From Thermodesulfobacteriota bacterium (GTDB lineage Bacteria; Desulfobacterota; WTBG01; JAGOGO01), in the NCBI GenBank assembly GCA_026625185.1, contig CP113000.1:390001-422000 (forward strand): a stretch of 32,000 nt of DNA. The letters run 5' to 3'. Below the pieces are notes generated by a model, which saw only the letters and a list, made by a program, of their open reading frames with translations, ran no database searches and was not told the DNA's origin. Below, in pieces: positions 16,412 through 24,294 of the stretch. Each line of letters opens with the position of its first letter. Positions within the stretch are counted from its first letter, which is position 1. The position numbers and the translations under genes were made by a program.

Positions 16412-17090
16412 ATTTTTGGATGAGATGATTGAACAATGCGCCTCGGCTTTTCTTTATTTTTTTATCGGGTATCTGCTTTACTTCTGATAGTACTCTTCTT
16501 AAAAGAGGCTCGGGAAACTTGTTGGAATACGAGATATATAATCCCAGCCCTTTGGGGTCTTTTAATGCTTCGGCTAATTCTAAGGCAAGGTACTCTGTTC
16601 TGGTTTTTGGTTTAAATTCTTTAAAAGAATTAAAAGTCGAATGAAAAAATTTTTTATTATCGATATCGTTTTTTAAAAAAGCTTTTTTTATCATTATATC
16701 GTTAGGAGAAAAACTCGCCTTTGATTCCTGGCTTGCTATAAAGGAATTTCGGCTCTCCGAGAACTTCTCTAAAGTATGATTTTTGATTCTTCTAAAGTAT
16801 GATTTTTGATACTTCTGAAGTTCCATATTTGGAGCACCTGGCAAGGCTTTCCATTTTTTTATCTGGATGGAGAGGTATCTTCCAGTGTTCTTAGTGGAGA
16901 TATAGTCATGCTTTTTAAGTAAACTTAACCACCGTAAGATCATTCCCCTTCTTAAGCACATATCCCGGCTTAGGGTTTTGATTTTTCTTAACAGATGTCC
17001 ATCTTCCCTGCTTGCATGAAGCAAAAGGTAGAGAAAAAGCCAGATGGCATTTTTCATCCTCCGGTAATGTTTGGCTTCCTGATCAACCAC
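16404..17090 (-). CDS. wHTH protein, putative replication or initiator-like protein of the element
   Basis: 228-aa ORF. The N-terminal segment AIWLFLYLLLHASREDGHLLRKIKTLSRDMCLRRGMILRWLSLLKKHDYI is winged-helix-like. The C-terminal segment LALELAEALKDPKGLGLYISYSNKFPEPLLRRVLSEVKQIPDKKIKKSRGALFNHLIQKY resembles tails seen on plasmid and phage replication-associated proteins. Function is inferred only. Confidence 0.55.
   Translation of the reverse strand: MVDQEAKHYRRMKNAIWLFLYLLLHASREDGHLLRKIKTLSRDMCLRRGMILRWLSLLKKHDYISTKNTGRYLSIQIKKWKALPGAPNMELQKYQKSYFRRIKNHTLEKFSESRNSFIASQESKASFSPNDIMIKKAFLKNDIDNKKFFHSTFNSFKEFKPKTRTEYLALELAEALKDPKGLGLYISYSNKFPEPLLRRVLSEVKQIPDKKIKKSRGALFNHLIQKYA
16765..16810. 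repeat. 23-bp tandem duplication inside the Rep-like ORF
   Basis: tctaaagtatgatttttgat is perfect at 16768-16787 and 16791-16810. The period is 23, not a multiple of 3, so the two copies are read in different frames (YQKSYFR versus IKNHTLE). Confidence 0.8.
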
Positions 17091-17153
17091 CAGTCCTTTC
17101 CAGACCGGTGTCCACCAATCTTTTTAGCTATTTGTAGTATTGGTCATAGCCCG

Positions 17154-17441
17154 TCATGCTCTTATTTTTCCTTCATGCCCGTTTTTAGTTTTTAAGCTTT
17201 CTTCTCTCATTCTGATCTCTCTTTTTAATTGCCCATAAAGTTCTCGAAATAAAAAAGCCACCGGTGTGCGGTAGACAATTTCAAGTTTTAAGGCATTAAT
17301 CAATCCGGGAAGTTTGACTCCGTGCTCATAACGAGAGAGGTTATTTGTCTTTTTCCAACCCATAAAATAGGCGGCGCTCTTTTGGGAGTGTCCCAGTTTC
17401 TTCCGGTAGGTCCTGGTAGAATCAACTTCAAAGTGCACCAT
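17154..17441 (-). CDS. XRE/Cro-CI-family helix-turn-helix transcriptional regulator
   Basis: The 95-aa sequence YRKKLGHSQKSAAYFMGWKKTNNLSRYEHGVKLPGLINALKLEIVY shows the HTH_3 pattern (lglSq...A..lG.....s.yE.G...P). It is the first gene of the minus-strand module. Confidence 0.75.
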   Translation of the reverse strand: MVHFEVDSTRTYRKKLGHSQKSAAYFMGWKKTNNLSRYEHGVKLPGLINALKLEIVYRTPVAFLFRELYGQLKREIRMREESLKTKNGHEGKIRA

Positions 17442-17480
17442 TTGAGAAAAGCATGCGACATGACAGGAATTCTGGTATGT

Positions 17481-18560
17481 TGAGAAGAACGACCAACTCG
17501 CAACCAGAAAGAGCCTGCCATGTCATATATACATTTAACAGAAAACGAACGATATGTCATCAGCCATTTAAATGTGGCTGGATTTAGTAAACGAGAAATT
17601 GCCCGCCGGATAAACCGAGATCACAGCACGGTCAGTCGTGAACTTAAACGCAACGGGCCGGAATATGATTGCACTGTTTATTGGTATGACTGGACGCATC
17701 CGGTAGCTCTAAAACGACGGCATCAGGCCAGGCATTATCGTCGGGAGGGCAACGAGCGCCTTGTTGATTATGTAAAAACAAAACTGAATCTGCAATGGTC
17801 TCCAGAGGAGATAAGCGATTATATGCGGATTAATTATCCTGATGATGAGACGATGCGAGTGTGCCATGAGACAATTTATCGCTGGATTTATAAGGATGCG
17901 AAGGTTAATGGCAAGCTTTATCTAAACCTGCGGCGGGGGAGGAAAAGGCGACGGCGCCAGAAACGGTATGGTTTGGGAAGGCGGTTTCTTGCCGGGCGCA
18001 AGAGAATTGCTCAACGACCTGAAATCGTGGAAGGGAGAAAACGATTTGGAGACTGGGAGGGCGATACGATCGAAGGCAAAAAAAGCAGTGGCTATATCGC
18101 GACGTTAGTCGAACGCAAGAGCCGCTACCTTTTGGCTGGCAAGCTGGAAAATAAGAAAGCTACGACATTGACAGATAAAAGCACTCAAATTTTCAGGCGC
18201 ATTCCTGGAATAATGCGGCAAACTTTAACGGTAGATAATGGAACAGAGTTTGCCCAATTTAAAGAACTTGAGGAAAAAACCAAACTCAGTATTTACTTTG
18301 CCGATCCTTATGCTGCATGGCAGCGAGGAGCCAATGAAAACACCAACGGATTACTGCGGCAGTATTTTCCGAAAGGAACTTACATGAGAAAAATTACCGA
18401 ACGTGATATTTCTCGTGCTGTTAAAAGGCTTAATAATCGGCCAAGAAAATCTCTCAACTACCGGACACCCTATGAAGTGTTCTGGAATGCAGCTCGTGGT
18501 GCACTTGCAATTTGAATTCACCCCAGAGATCATTTTTAATTGAGTTCCAACCTCTTCTCA
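17481..18560 (+). mobile_element. IS30-family insertion sequence (boundaries tentative)
   Basis: Imperfect terminal inverted repeats: TGAGAAGA-N6-AACTC at 17481 and its complement ending at 18560. The 1080-bp length is typical of IS30. No convincing target duplication was seen. Confidence 0.5.
17520..18515 (+). CDS. IS30-family DDE transposase, apparently intact
   Basis: 331-aa ORF. N-terminal HTH: LTENERYVISHLNVAGFSKREIARRINRDHSTVSRELKRNG. DDE region: GDWEGDTI, LTVDNGTEFA, ANENTNGLLRQYFPKG. Confidence 0.92.
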   Translation: MSYIHLTENERYVISHLNVAGFSKREIARRINRDHSTVSRELKRNGPEYDCTVYWYDWTHPVALKRRHQARHYRREGNERLVDYVKTKLNLQWSPEEISDYMRINYPDDETMRVCHETIYRWIYKDAKVNGKLYLNLRRGRKRRRRQKRYGLGRRFLAGRKRIAQRPEIVEGRKRFGDWEGDTIEGKKSSGYIATLVERKSRYLLAGKLENKKATTLTDKSTQIFRRIPGIMRQTLTVDNGTEFAQFKELEEKTKLSIYFADPYAAWQRGANENTNGLLRQYFPKGTYMRKITERDISRAVKRLNNRPRKSLNYRTPYEVFWNAARGALAI

Positions 18561-18880
18561 TATCCCTTCTCTATTTATAGTTTAAGAATAGCAGAGAGGA
18601 GACAGGGAAAAAGCAGGGAGAATTTGCCTAAAGAGGCAAGTTAGTTACTAGTTTAAAATTTATGGTAAGACTTATGAGAATGAACTGGTGATAATGGGAA
18701 AATGGATACTCGGGGCAGCTGGCCGTGGCCAGAAGGGCTCCTAACTAAAGACTGATCACAATAAAAAAAGGCCACTACATATAAGTCTTTTTTTGTTTTT
18801 ATTAAAAATATTTATTTTTTATTCTTCAAATCATCCTAGCAAATAGGCGGAGAAATGCAAGAGAAGTACGGACACGGTTC

Positions 18881-18896
18881 AAGTTTGTTTTGGACT
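18881..18896 (+). repeat. Fifth copy of the AAGTTTGTTT(T)GG(ACT) motif (also TGTTTGG at 19002-19008)
   Basis: aagtttgttttggact shares aagtttgttt with 14396 and 14416, and tgttttggact with 14473-14483. Same orientation. Confidence 0.55.
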
Positions 18897-19066
18897 ATCG
18901 GCTATAAAACTACATGCAAAAAAATCCTCTTTTAAATTTTTTTGCGCTTGATTCGGGAAACATTTAATAAATATTTAAAACTGGATATTAGAGTAGTTAC
19001 CTGTTTGGATAAATTATCCCTCCTTTTTGTTATGGTTCTTTCCTCTATCCTAAATGGTAAAAGAAA

Positions 19067-19273
19067 ATGAAACTCAACAATGAAACAATTGAGAAATTCC
19101 AAAGGATCTATTTTGAAGAATTTGGCGAAAGGATTTCGAAGGAACAAGCGCAGGAGAAGTTTTTGCGATTGGCCAACTTTTTAAGAGTTATTATCCAGTT
19201 CCCGGCAAAAAAGCTGGAACCAAAGAGCTCCCAATCCTCCGGCTTGACCAAACCCCTGCAAATGGTAGAATAG
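19067..19273 (+). CDS. Small helical hypothetical protein upstream of the recombinase
   Basis: 68-aa ORF, MKLNNETIEKFQRIYFEEFGERISKEQAQEKFLRLANFLRVI..., with a weak RBS. Position and size resemble small accessory proteins next to serine recombinases. Function unknown. Confidence 0.4.
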   Translation: MKLNNETIEKFQRIYFEEFGERISKEQAQEKFLRLANFLRVIIQFPAKKLEPKSSQSSGLTKPLQMVE

Positions 19274-19344
19274 AAAAATCTCTTATTTAGTATTCTCCCT
19301 GGAGCATAGGATACATTTCATCCTTCCTCTGGGGACATGAATTT

Positions 19345-20975
19345 ATGTCCCACTATCTCATTTACTGCCGTAGGTCTTCAGAGTCGGAAGAGCGGCAGAT
19401 TCTTTCCATTGAATCCCAAGAAAAAGAATTAAAAGAACTGGCCAAAAGACTAAAACTGGATATTTCTGAAATCCTCACTGAGTCCCAGTCCGCCAAATAT
19501 CCGGGGAGACCGGTTTTTAACAACCCAATGAAACAGGTTTATAAAGGCCAGGTAAAAGGGATTATCAGCTGGAAACTGGATCGTTTGGCACGCAACCCGA
19601 TTGACGGATCCGCCCTGATCTGGGCCTTGGACCGCGGGAAGATTTCTGAAATCATCACTCCTCATAACACCTTTTTAAACAACAGCAACGACAAGTTCCT
19701 CATGCAGCTTGAATTCGGAATGGCCAAAAAGTACGTGGACGATTTGAGTGATAATGTCAAGCGGGGAAACCGGACCAAGCTAGAGAATGGCTGGATTCCC
19801 GGGATTCCGCCTTTGGGGTATCTCAATGAGCCCAAAGAAAGAACCATAATAAAGGACCCGGAAAGATTCGCGTTGGTGAGGAGAATGTGGGATCTCCTGC
19901 TGCAAGGTACAGCGCCATCAAGAATCCAAAAAATGGCCACTAACGAATGGGGGCTTCGAACCAGGGTCCATAAAAAAACCGGGGGCCAACCTTTAAGTAT
20001 AAATAGTCTATACAAGATCTTTGGCACCCCTTTCTACTACGGGCTAATTAAACGAAAAGAGGGCGTGTTTAAGGGAAAACATGAACCTATGATTAATGAG
20101 GAGGAATTCTGGAAAGCTCAGGAAATCCTCGGAAGGAAAGGAAGACCACGGCCAAGAAAACACCAGTTTGCCTTTACCGGACTTATCCGCTGTAGTGAAT
20201 GCGGATCCATGGTCACTGCCGAGGAAAAAGATAACCAGTACGGCTCCCATTACATCTAATATAGGTGCACAAAAAAGAAAAAAAATTACCGCTGCCGTCA
20301 ACCGTACATCAATCTTGATGACTTAGAGACCCAAATTTCAACCTACCTTACTAAGATCCATGTCCCGGAGAGATTGCTCAAGTTTGCTCTCGACTACCTG
20401 AAAGAAGGAGAAAAGGAAGAGCAAGAGAAACACCATGATATTGAGAGATCTTTGAGAAAAGCCCTCGGTGACTGCCAAAAGAAAATTGAGAACCTGAACC
20501 AGATGAGAATGAGAGAACTCATTGATGATGGGGAATACCTTACGGAAAAGAAAAAACTTCTTGAAGAAAAAATCAGGCTTGAGGATAGCGTAAAAAGTGG
20601 AAGCCAAAAGGGAGAAAAGGCTATTCAGCTTACCGAAGAAATGTTTATGTTTGCGAGCCAGGCTAAGGAACGCTTTCAAAATGGGTCTTTGGAGGACAAG
20701 CGGTCAATCCTTCTGGGACTTGGCTCGAACTTTTTTCTAAAGAACAAAAAACTCTTTATCCAAACGGAAAACCCTTCCTCATCCTGGAGGAAGGATTGAA
20801 TAAGATTAATGGTGGAATGACCAGGCTCGAATTTACGAAAAATGCCTTATCAGAAAAGAAAAATGAACTATCTTTACCTTCATTTCAACACTTGTGGACC
20901 CTAGTGGAGGACGTTCGAACTTTTTACAAAACTACAAAATCAGCTTGCTACCTACCGGAACTGGAACGGTATTGA
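19345..20975 (+). pseudogene. Large serine recombinase with one in-frame TAA and one frameshift
   Basis: Resolvase catalytic N-terminus YCRRSSESEERQILSIESQ; recombinase domain; zinc ribbon LIRCSECGSMV...GSHYI*YRCTKKK, with TAA at 20257-20259 where Tyr is expected. The coiled-coil continues in the same frame to 20799. The tail KPFLILEEGL...ELERY* is in the -1 frame (shift in the gaaaa run near 20766-20772). Confidence 0.85.
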
Positions 20976-21119
20976 TTATAACAATTATCGATGTTCAGCG
21001 CAAGGTCTGGTACGCACGAGACATCAATTTAATCCCTTTAGGTTAGTTAAGTTCTCTTAAGAGGAAAAGAAAAAGGAAGCAGGGTACATTTTACTCCTAC
21101 TTCCTTAGGTGATAAGGAT

Positions 21120-21893
21120 CTAACCTCTTCCATTTTCTCCCCACCTCCGGCACGGAGCTTCATACTCGCAATCCTTACAGAGGAAGCTTGACCGGGGGAA
21201 GAAAATCCCTGACCGGATGCCGCGGAGCACCTGACTGGCAAGGTGAAAGAAGCGCTGGTAATCAGCCCTGGTTCTCGTGGTCTCAAACATGATCATTTTT
21301 GGCTTTTTGGTCTTTACAAACTCAATGAGCTTGAGAAGTTTTGGCGGCCTTTGGTAAAGCATCTCGTAGGCGTAGCTATAAATCGTAAGCTGGAGATGGT
21401 CATGAACCTCCCGTGCATCCATGGTCTGGCCGGAGGTCTTAAATTCCGCGATAATCTCATCTTTTTCCACCGCATCAAAGAATCCTTCCAGATTTATCCC
21501 CAGGCTCTCCTTTTTGGCAGGATTGATAAGAGGAATGTTAAAGTGAACATCCGTTGCTTTTACATTTTTTAGGGGATCCTCAAAATAGCGAGCGAGCATT
21601 TCCTTGCCCATAACCGTGACCTTCATTTCATCCTCGCCTTCTTTGAAGCGAAGCTCGGCATCCACCTTCTGGCTGTACCAATCAGCCCGGAAGATCCGAA
21701 AAAGCTTATCCAGGGTGACTCCGTTTCCGTTCATCTTTTGTTTGTGAAACCAGGAGATGCTGGAATGGATGGCCCCGCCCAAGGCCAAGCCTGAACCCTT
21801 AAAAGGTTTGGGGATTAGATCAATGTACTGAAATTTATATTTCAAACTGCACTGGAGATAAAGGTTTATCTGGCTGTTAGAAAGGTGCTCCAT
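21120..21893 (-). CDS. PD-(D/E)XK nuclease, Cas4/RecB-exonuclease-like, with a 4-Cys cluster
   Basis: SNSQINLYLQCSLKYKFQYI (N-terminal Cys), GFFDAVEKDEIIAEFKTSG (D...E.K), QLTIYSYAY (QxxxY), and C-terminal CKDCEYEAPC. Start placed at MEHLSNS, preceded by AAGGAGGTGAGG; the track ORF starts at 21932. Confidence 0.8.
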   Translation of the reverse strand: MEHLSNSQINLYLQCSLKYKFQYIDLIPKPFKGSGLALGGAIHSSISWFHKQKMNGNGVTLDKLFRIFRADWYSQKVDAELRFKEGEDEMKVTVMGKEMLARYFEDPLKNVKATDVHFNIPLINPAKKESLGINLEGFFDAVEKDEIIAEFKTSGQTMDAREVHDHLQLTIYSYAYEMLYQRPPKLLKLIEFVKTKKPKMIMFETTRTRADYQRFFHLASQVLRGIRSGIFFPRSSFLCKDCEYEAPCRRWGENGRG

Positions 21894-21942
21894 CTTCCTC
21901 ACCTCCTTTGGCTTCCGCCAGCAGGCGTTCAATCACCTTGAT

Positions 21943-22572
21943 ATGCTCTACTGCTCCTTGAATGAACTGCAAGCCCATGAAGCTGAGTTTGAGGATTGTT
22001 TTCTTTCGGAAACCGAGATGAATTTAAAAGTAAAGAGTCTTCAGCTTCGAGACTTTGTCCGGCATAAAGACGACCGGATCATCGGCGGGCTCCTGCTCAC
22101 CAATTCGGAAACCGGGCACCGGGCCTTGCGGGTGGAACCGCGTGTATTTCGGGTCCGGTGCACCAACGGGATGGTGATTGAGGAGTTTTTGACCCGGCAG
22201 ATCCATCTTGGCAATGGCAATGATGAAGGCGATGAGATGGTTTATTTATCCATCCGGCGTTCCATCAAAGAGCTTTTCGGAAGATTCGGAGAAATCATTG
22301 AGATCTTGCGGGAGACCACTGAAATCAAGGTCAAAAACGCAACCAAAGTGATTAACAATGTGGTGGAGCACTACCGCCTGAGCGAAACCCAGAAAGAAAA
22401 CATCCTCATTGCTTTTGGGGCGGAGCCGGAAGAGGACAAATACGGGATTGCTAACGCCGTAACCCAAGCCGCCCAAAGAGAGGAAACTTGGGAAAAAAGC
22501 CTTGAGCTTGAGCGGATCGGCGGGAAGCTCGTTACCCTCTCCCCGGAAACCTTCAAAACCTGGGATGAGTAA
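21943..22572 (+). CDS. DUF932-family protein (phage/plasmid-associated), probably N-terminally short or truncated
   Basis: GGLLLTNSETGHRALRVEPRVFRVRCTNGMV...QIHLG matches the DUF932 core (NS.DGs.a......fR..C.NG.v...H.g). Only ~55 aa precede the core, which is less than I would expect for this family. Confidence 0.65.
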   Translation: MLYCSLNELQAHEAEFEDCFLSETEMNLKVKSLQLRDFVRHKDDRIIGGLLLTNSETGHRALRVEPRVFRVRCTNGMVIEEFLTRQIHLGNGNDEGDEMVYLSIRRSIKELFGRFGEIIEILRETTEIKVKNATKVINNVVEHYRLSETQKENILIAFGAEPEEDKYGIANAVTQAAQREETWEKSLELERIGGKLVTLSPETFKTWDE

Positions 22573-22588
22573 AAGAAATGAGAACGAA

Positions 22589-22879
22589 ATGAAAATCGCG
22601 ATAAAAAGAAAAGTATTGTTGGAAGGTTTTGAAATTGCCAAGGACTCAGTGGGAAAACAAACCGCTTTGCCGGTTCTTAAAAATGTCAAACTGAAAGCCC
22701 GGGGCGGAGTCCTTGAACTTTTTACCACCAATCTTTCCATTGGGACCATGATTTCGCTTAAAGATTTAGCTATCGCCTGCGAGGGTGAGGCCTTATGCGA
22801 CGCAATAAAGTTTATGGCCATCGTGAGGGAACTTCCGGAAAATGACGTGAAGATCGAGACCGAAAAAAAGGCCACCTGA
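22589..22879 (+). CDS. dnaN: DNA polymerase III beta sliding clamp, domain-I part (0-frame product)
   Basis: MKIAIKRKVLLEGFEIAKDSVGKQTALPVLKNVKLKARGGVLELFTTNLSIG... has the DnaN N-terminal pattern. It ends at TGA 22877-22879, two codons after the A7 run. An alternative start at 22565 overlaps the DUF932 stop. Confidence 0.8.
   Translation: MKIAIKRKVLLEGFEIAKDSVGKQTALPVLKNVKLKARGGVLELFTTNLSIGTMISLKDLAIACEGEALCDAIKFMAIVRELPENDVKIETEKKAT
22864..22870 (+). promoter_or_regulatory. A_AAA_AAG heptamer in the 0 frame: candidate -1 ribosomal frameshift site, or a homopolymer indel
   Basis: The 0-frame codons are gaA AAA AAG gcc acc TGA. A -1 slip reads GGC CAC CTG ATG GTA..., which restores a continuous clamp (..IETEKKGHLMVKCEKSHFKL..). 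Confidence 0.4.
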
Positions 22880-23757
22880 TGGTAAAATGCGAGAAATCTC
22901 ATTTCAAGCTCATGACCATGCAACCGGAAGAATTTCCCTGCCCGCCAACGGTTCCGGAACAGGATTTTTTCCCTGTCGGAGAACAATTCTTTCAGTATCT
23001 AAGTAAAGTCAAATACGCTGCTTCAAAGGATGAGCTAAGGCATAACCTCAATGGCGTCTTTCTGGGAGCAGAGGTAGTGGCCACCGACGGTCACCGGATG
23101 GCAATAATCAAGAAAAGTCTGGGGTTTATGGATGTTCTCGTTCCTCTGGATTTTATCAGCCTTATTTTGAAACTCAAAAGCAGAGATGAGAGGAACACCT
23201 TTCAAGCCGGGTGTTCCAACAACTTGATTATCATCCGGTCCCATGGCCTCACTTTGTTTAGCCGATTGATTGATGCGGAGTTTCCCGATTACTCCCAGGC
23301 GATCCCTGATGATCCTTCCCGATACGCCCTAATGGCAAGAAAGGACTTAATGCAGGCCCTAAAAAGGATCATGCTCATGAGCGGAAAAGAGTGCGCGGTG
23401 AAGTTCGAATTTAACCCCGGATCCCTCGTTCTTTCGTCCTTTACTCCTAACCTGGGAAACGCCTCGGAAAAAATGGAGATTGAATACCGGTCAGAGAGTT
23501 ATGAGACTTCTTTTACTGTCGGCCTTAACGGAAAGTTCCTACTGGATATGCTGGAGGCCTTGGATGAAGATCAGGTCAAGCTTCAGATGATAAACGATGA
23601 ATCGCCCTTAATGATCGAAGAGCATGGTTCCCTTCACATCCTTATGCCCCTTCATCTCTTGGAAGCTGAACCCGAGGCTCAGTCTGAAACTGAAATTGAA
23701 CTTGCCACTGAATCCGAGTCAGAACCGGAGTTTGTTGAAGAGAAGGAAGCAGCTTAA
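22879..23757 (+). CDS. dnaN: DNA polymerase III beta sliding clamp, domains I(end)-II-III with an acidic C-terminal tail
   Basis: The 292-aa sequence KSHFKLMTMQPEEFP, LNGVFLGAEVVATDGHRMA, RLIDAEFPDYSQAIP and SPLMIEEHGSLHILMPL matches DnaN throughout. The extra tail is EAEPEAQSETEIELATESESEPEFVEEKEAA. Confidence 0.85.
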   Translation: MVKCEKSHFKLMTMQPEEFPCPPTVPEQDFFPVGEQFFQYLSKVKYAASKDELRHNLNGVFLGAEVVATDGHRMAIIKKSLGFMDVLVPLDFISLILKLKSRDERNTFQAGCSNNLIIIRSHGLTLFSRLIDAEFPDYSQAIPDDPSRYALMARKDLMQALKRIMLMSGKECAVKFEFNPGSLVLSSFTPNLGNASEKMEIEYRSESYETSFTVGLNGKFLLDMLEALDEDQVKLQMINDESPLMIEEHGSLHILMPLHLLEAEPEAQSETEIELATESESEPEFVEEKEAA

Positions 23758-23785
23758 ATGTTTAATAGTTCTTTTGAAAAAAATT

Positions 23786-23814
23786 AGGAGATGTTAGTTG
23801 ACATCTCCTTTTTC
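23786..23814 (+). terminator. Rho-independent terminator after the clamp gene (possibly bidirectional)
   Basis: Perfect 9-bp stem AGGAGATGT / ACATCTCCT, 6-nt loop, then TTTTT. An A-run precedes it, so it could also serve the convergent hepT gene. Confidence 0.7.
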
Positions 23815-23928
23815 AGCTGTTCTTTATTCGCTCCGGGTTTATATCACGTCCTCCTCAAGAGGCAGCCTGGAAGTGAGCGGTGCGGCTGCAGGGTTCCAAA
23901 AAATCCCAAAATTATTCCCCCCGTCCGG

Positions 23929-24294
23929 TCAACTGTCGTGTTGGCATTTTCCGGTTGCCTCAAGGAGCGTCTGGAGTTTCGCACGAAGATCAGGCAGCTT
24001 AGTTGTTGCAACATCCCAGACGATGGTGTAATCAACTCCAAAATAATCATGGATAAGCCTATCGCGCATTCCAGTGAGCTTACGCCACTCGATATCCGAT
24101 TGCATCCTCTTGACATCTTCTGGTAGTTTTTTTGAAGCTTCGCCGATAATCTCAAGGCTTCGAACAAATGCCCTCTTTAGCGACGGATTCCTGACAAAGG
24201 AACCATAATCCATACCCGATATTTGGGTTAAGATGTAGTCAATCTCGTCCAGGATGTGATGGATGCATTCATGCGGCGATAGGAACACGTTCAA
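23929..24294 (-). CDS. hepT: HepT-like (DUF86) RNase toxin
   Basis: 121-aa ORF with the Rx4HxY motif in GMRDRLIHDYFGVD. It overlaps the upstream MNT gene by 26 nt. Confidence 0.9.
   Translation of the reverse strand: MNVFLSPHECIHHILDEIDYILTQISGMDYGSFVRNPSLKRAFVRSLEIIGEASKKLPEDVKRMQSDIEWRKLTGMRDRLIHDYFGVDYTIVWDVATTKLPDLRAKLQTLLEATGKCQHDS

Noticed and set aside
15751-20259. TAA reassignment or readthrough explaining the two in-frame TAA codons (RuvC-like gene, recombinase).
   Set aside because: TAA is used as a genuine terminator by neighbouring intact genes (for example iorA, the RuvC-like paralog and the Rep-like gene). The recombinase also carries an independent frameshift, so decay is the economical reading.
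23791-24167. Track ORFs (77-111 aa) overlapping hepT on both strands.
   Set aside because: They are off-frame or antisense to a gene with a clear Rx4HxY motif and have no features of their own.
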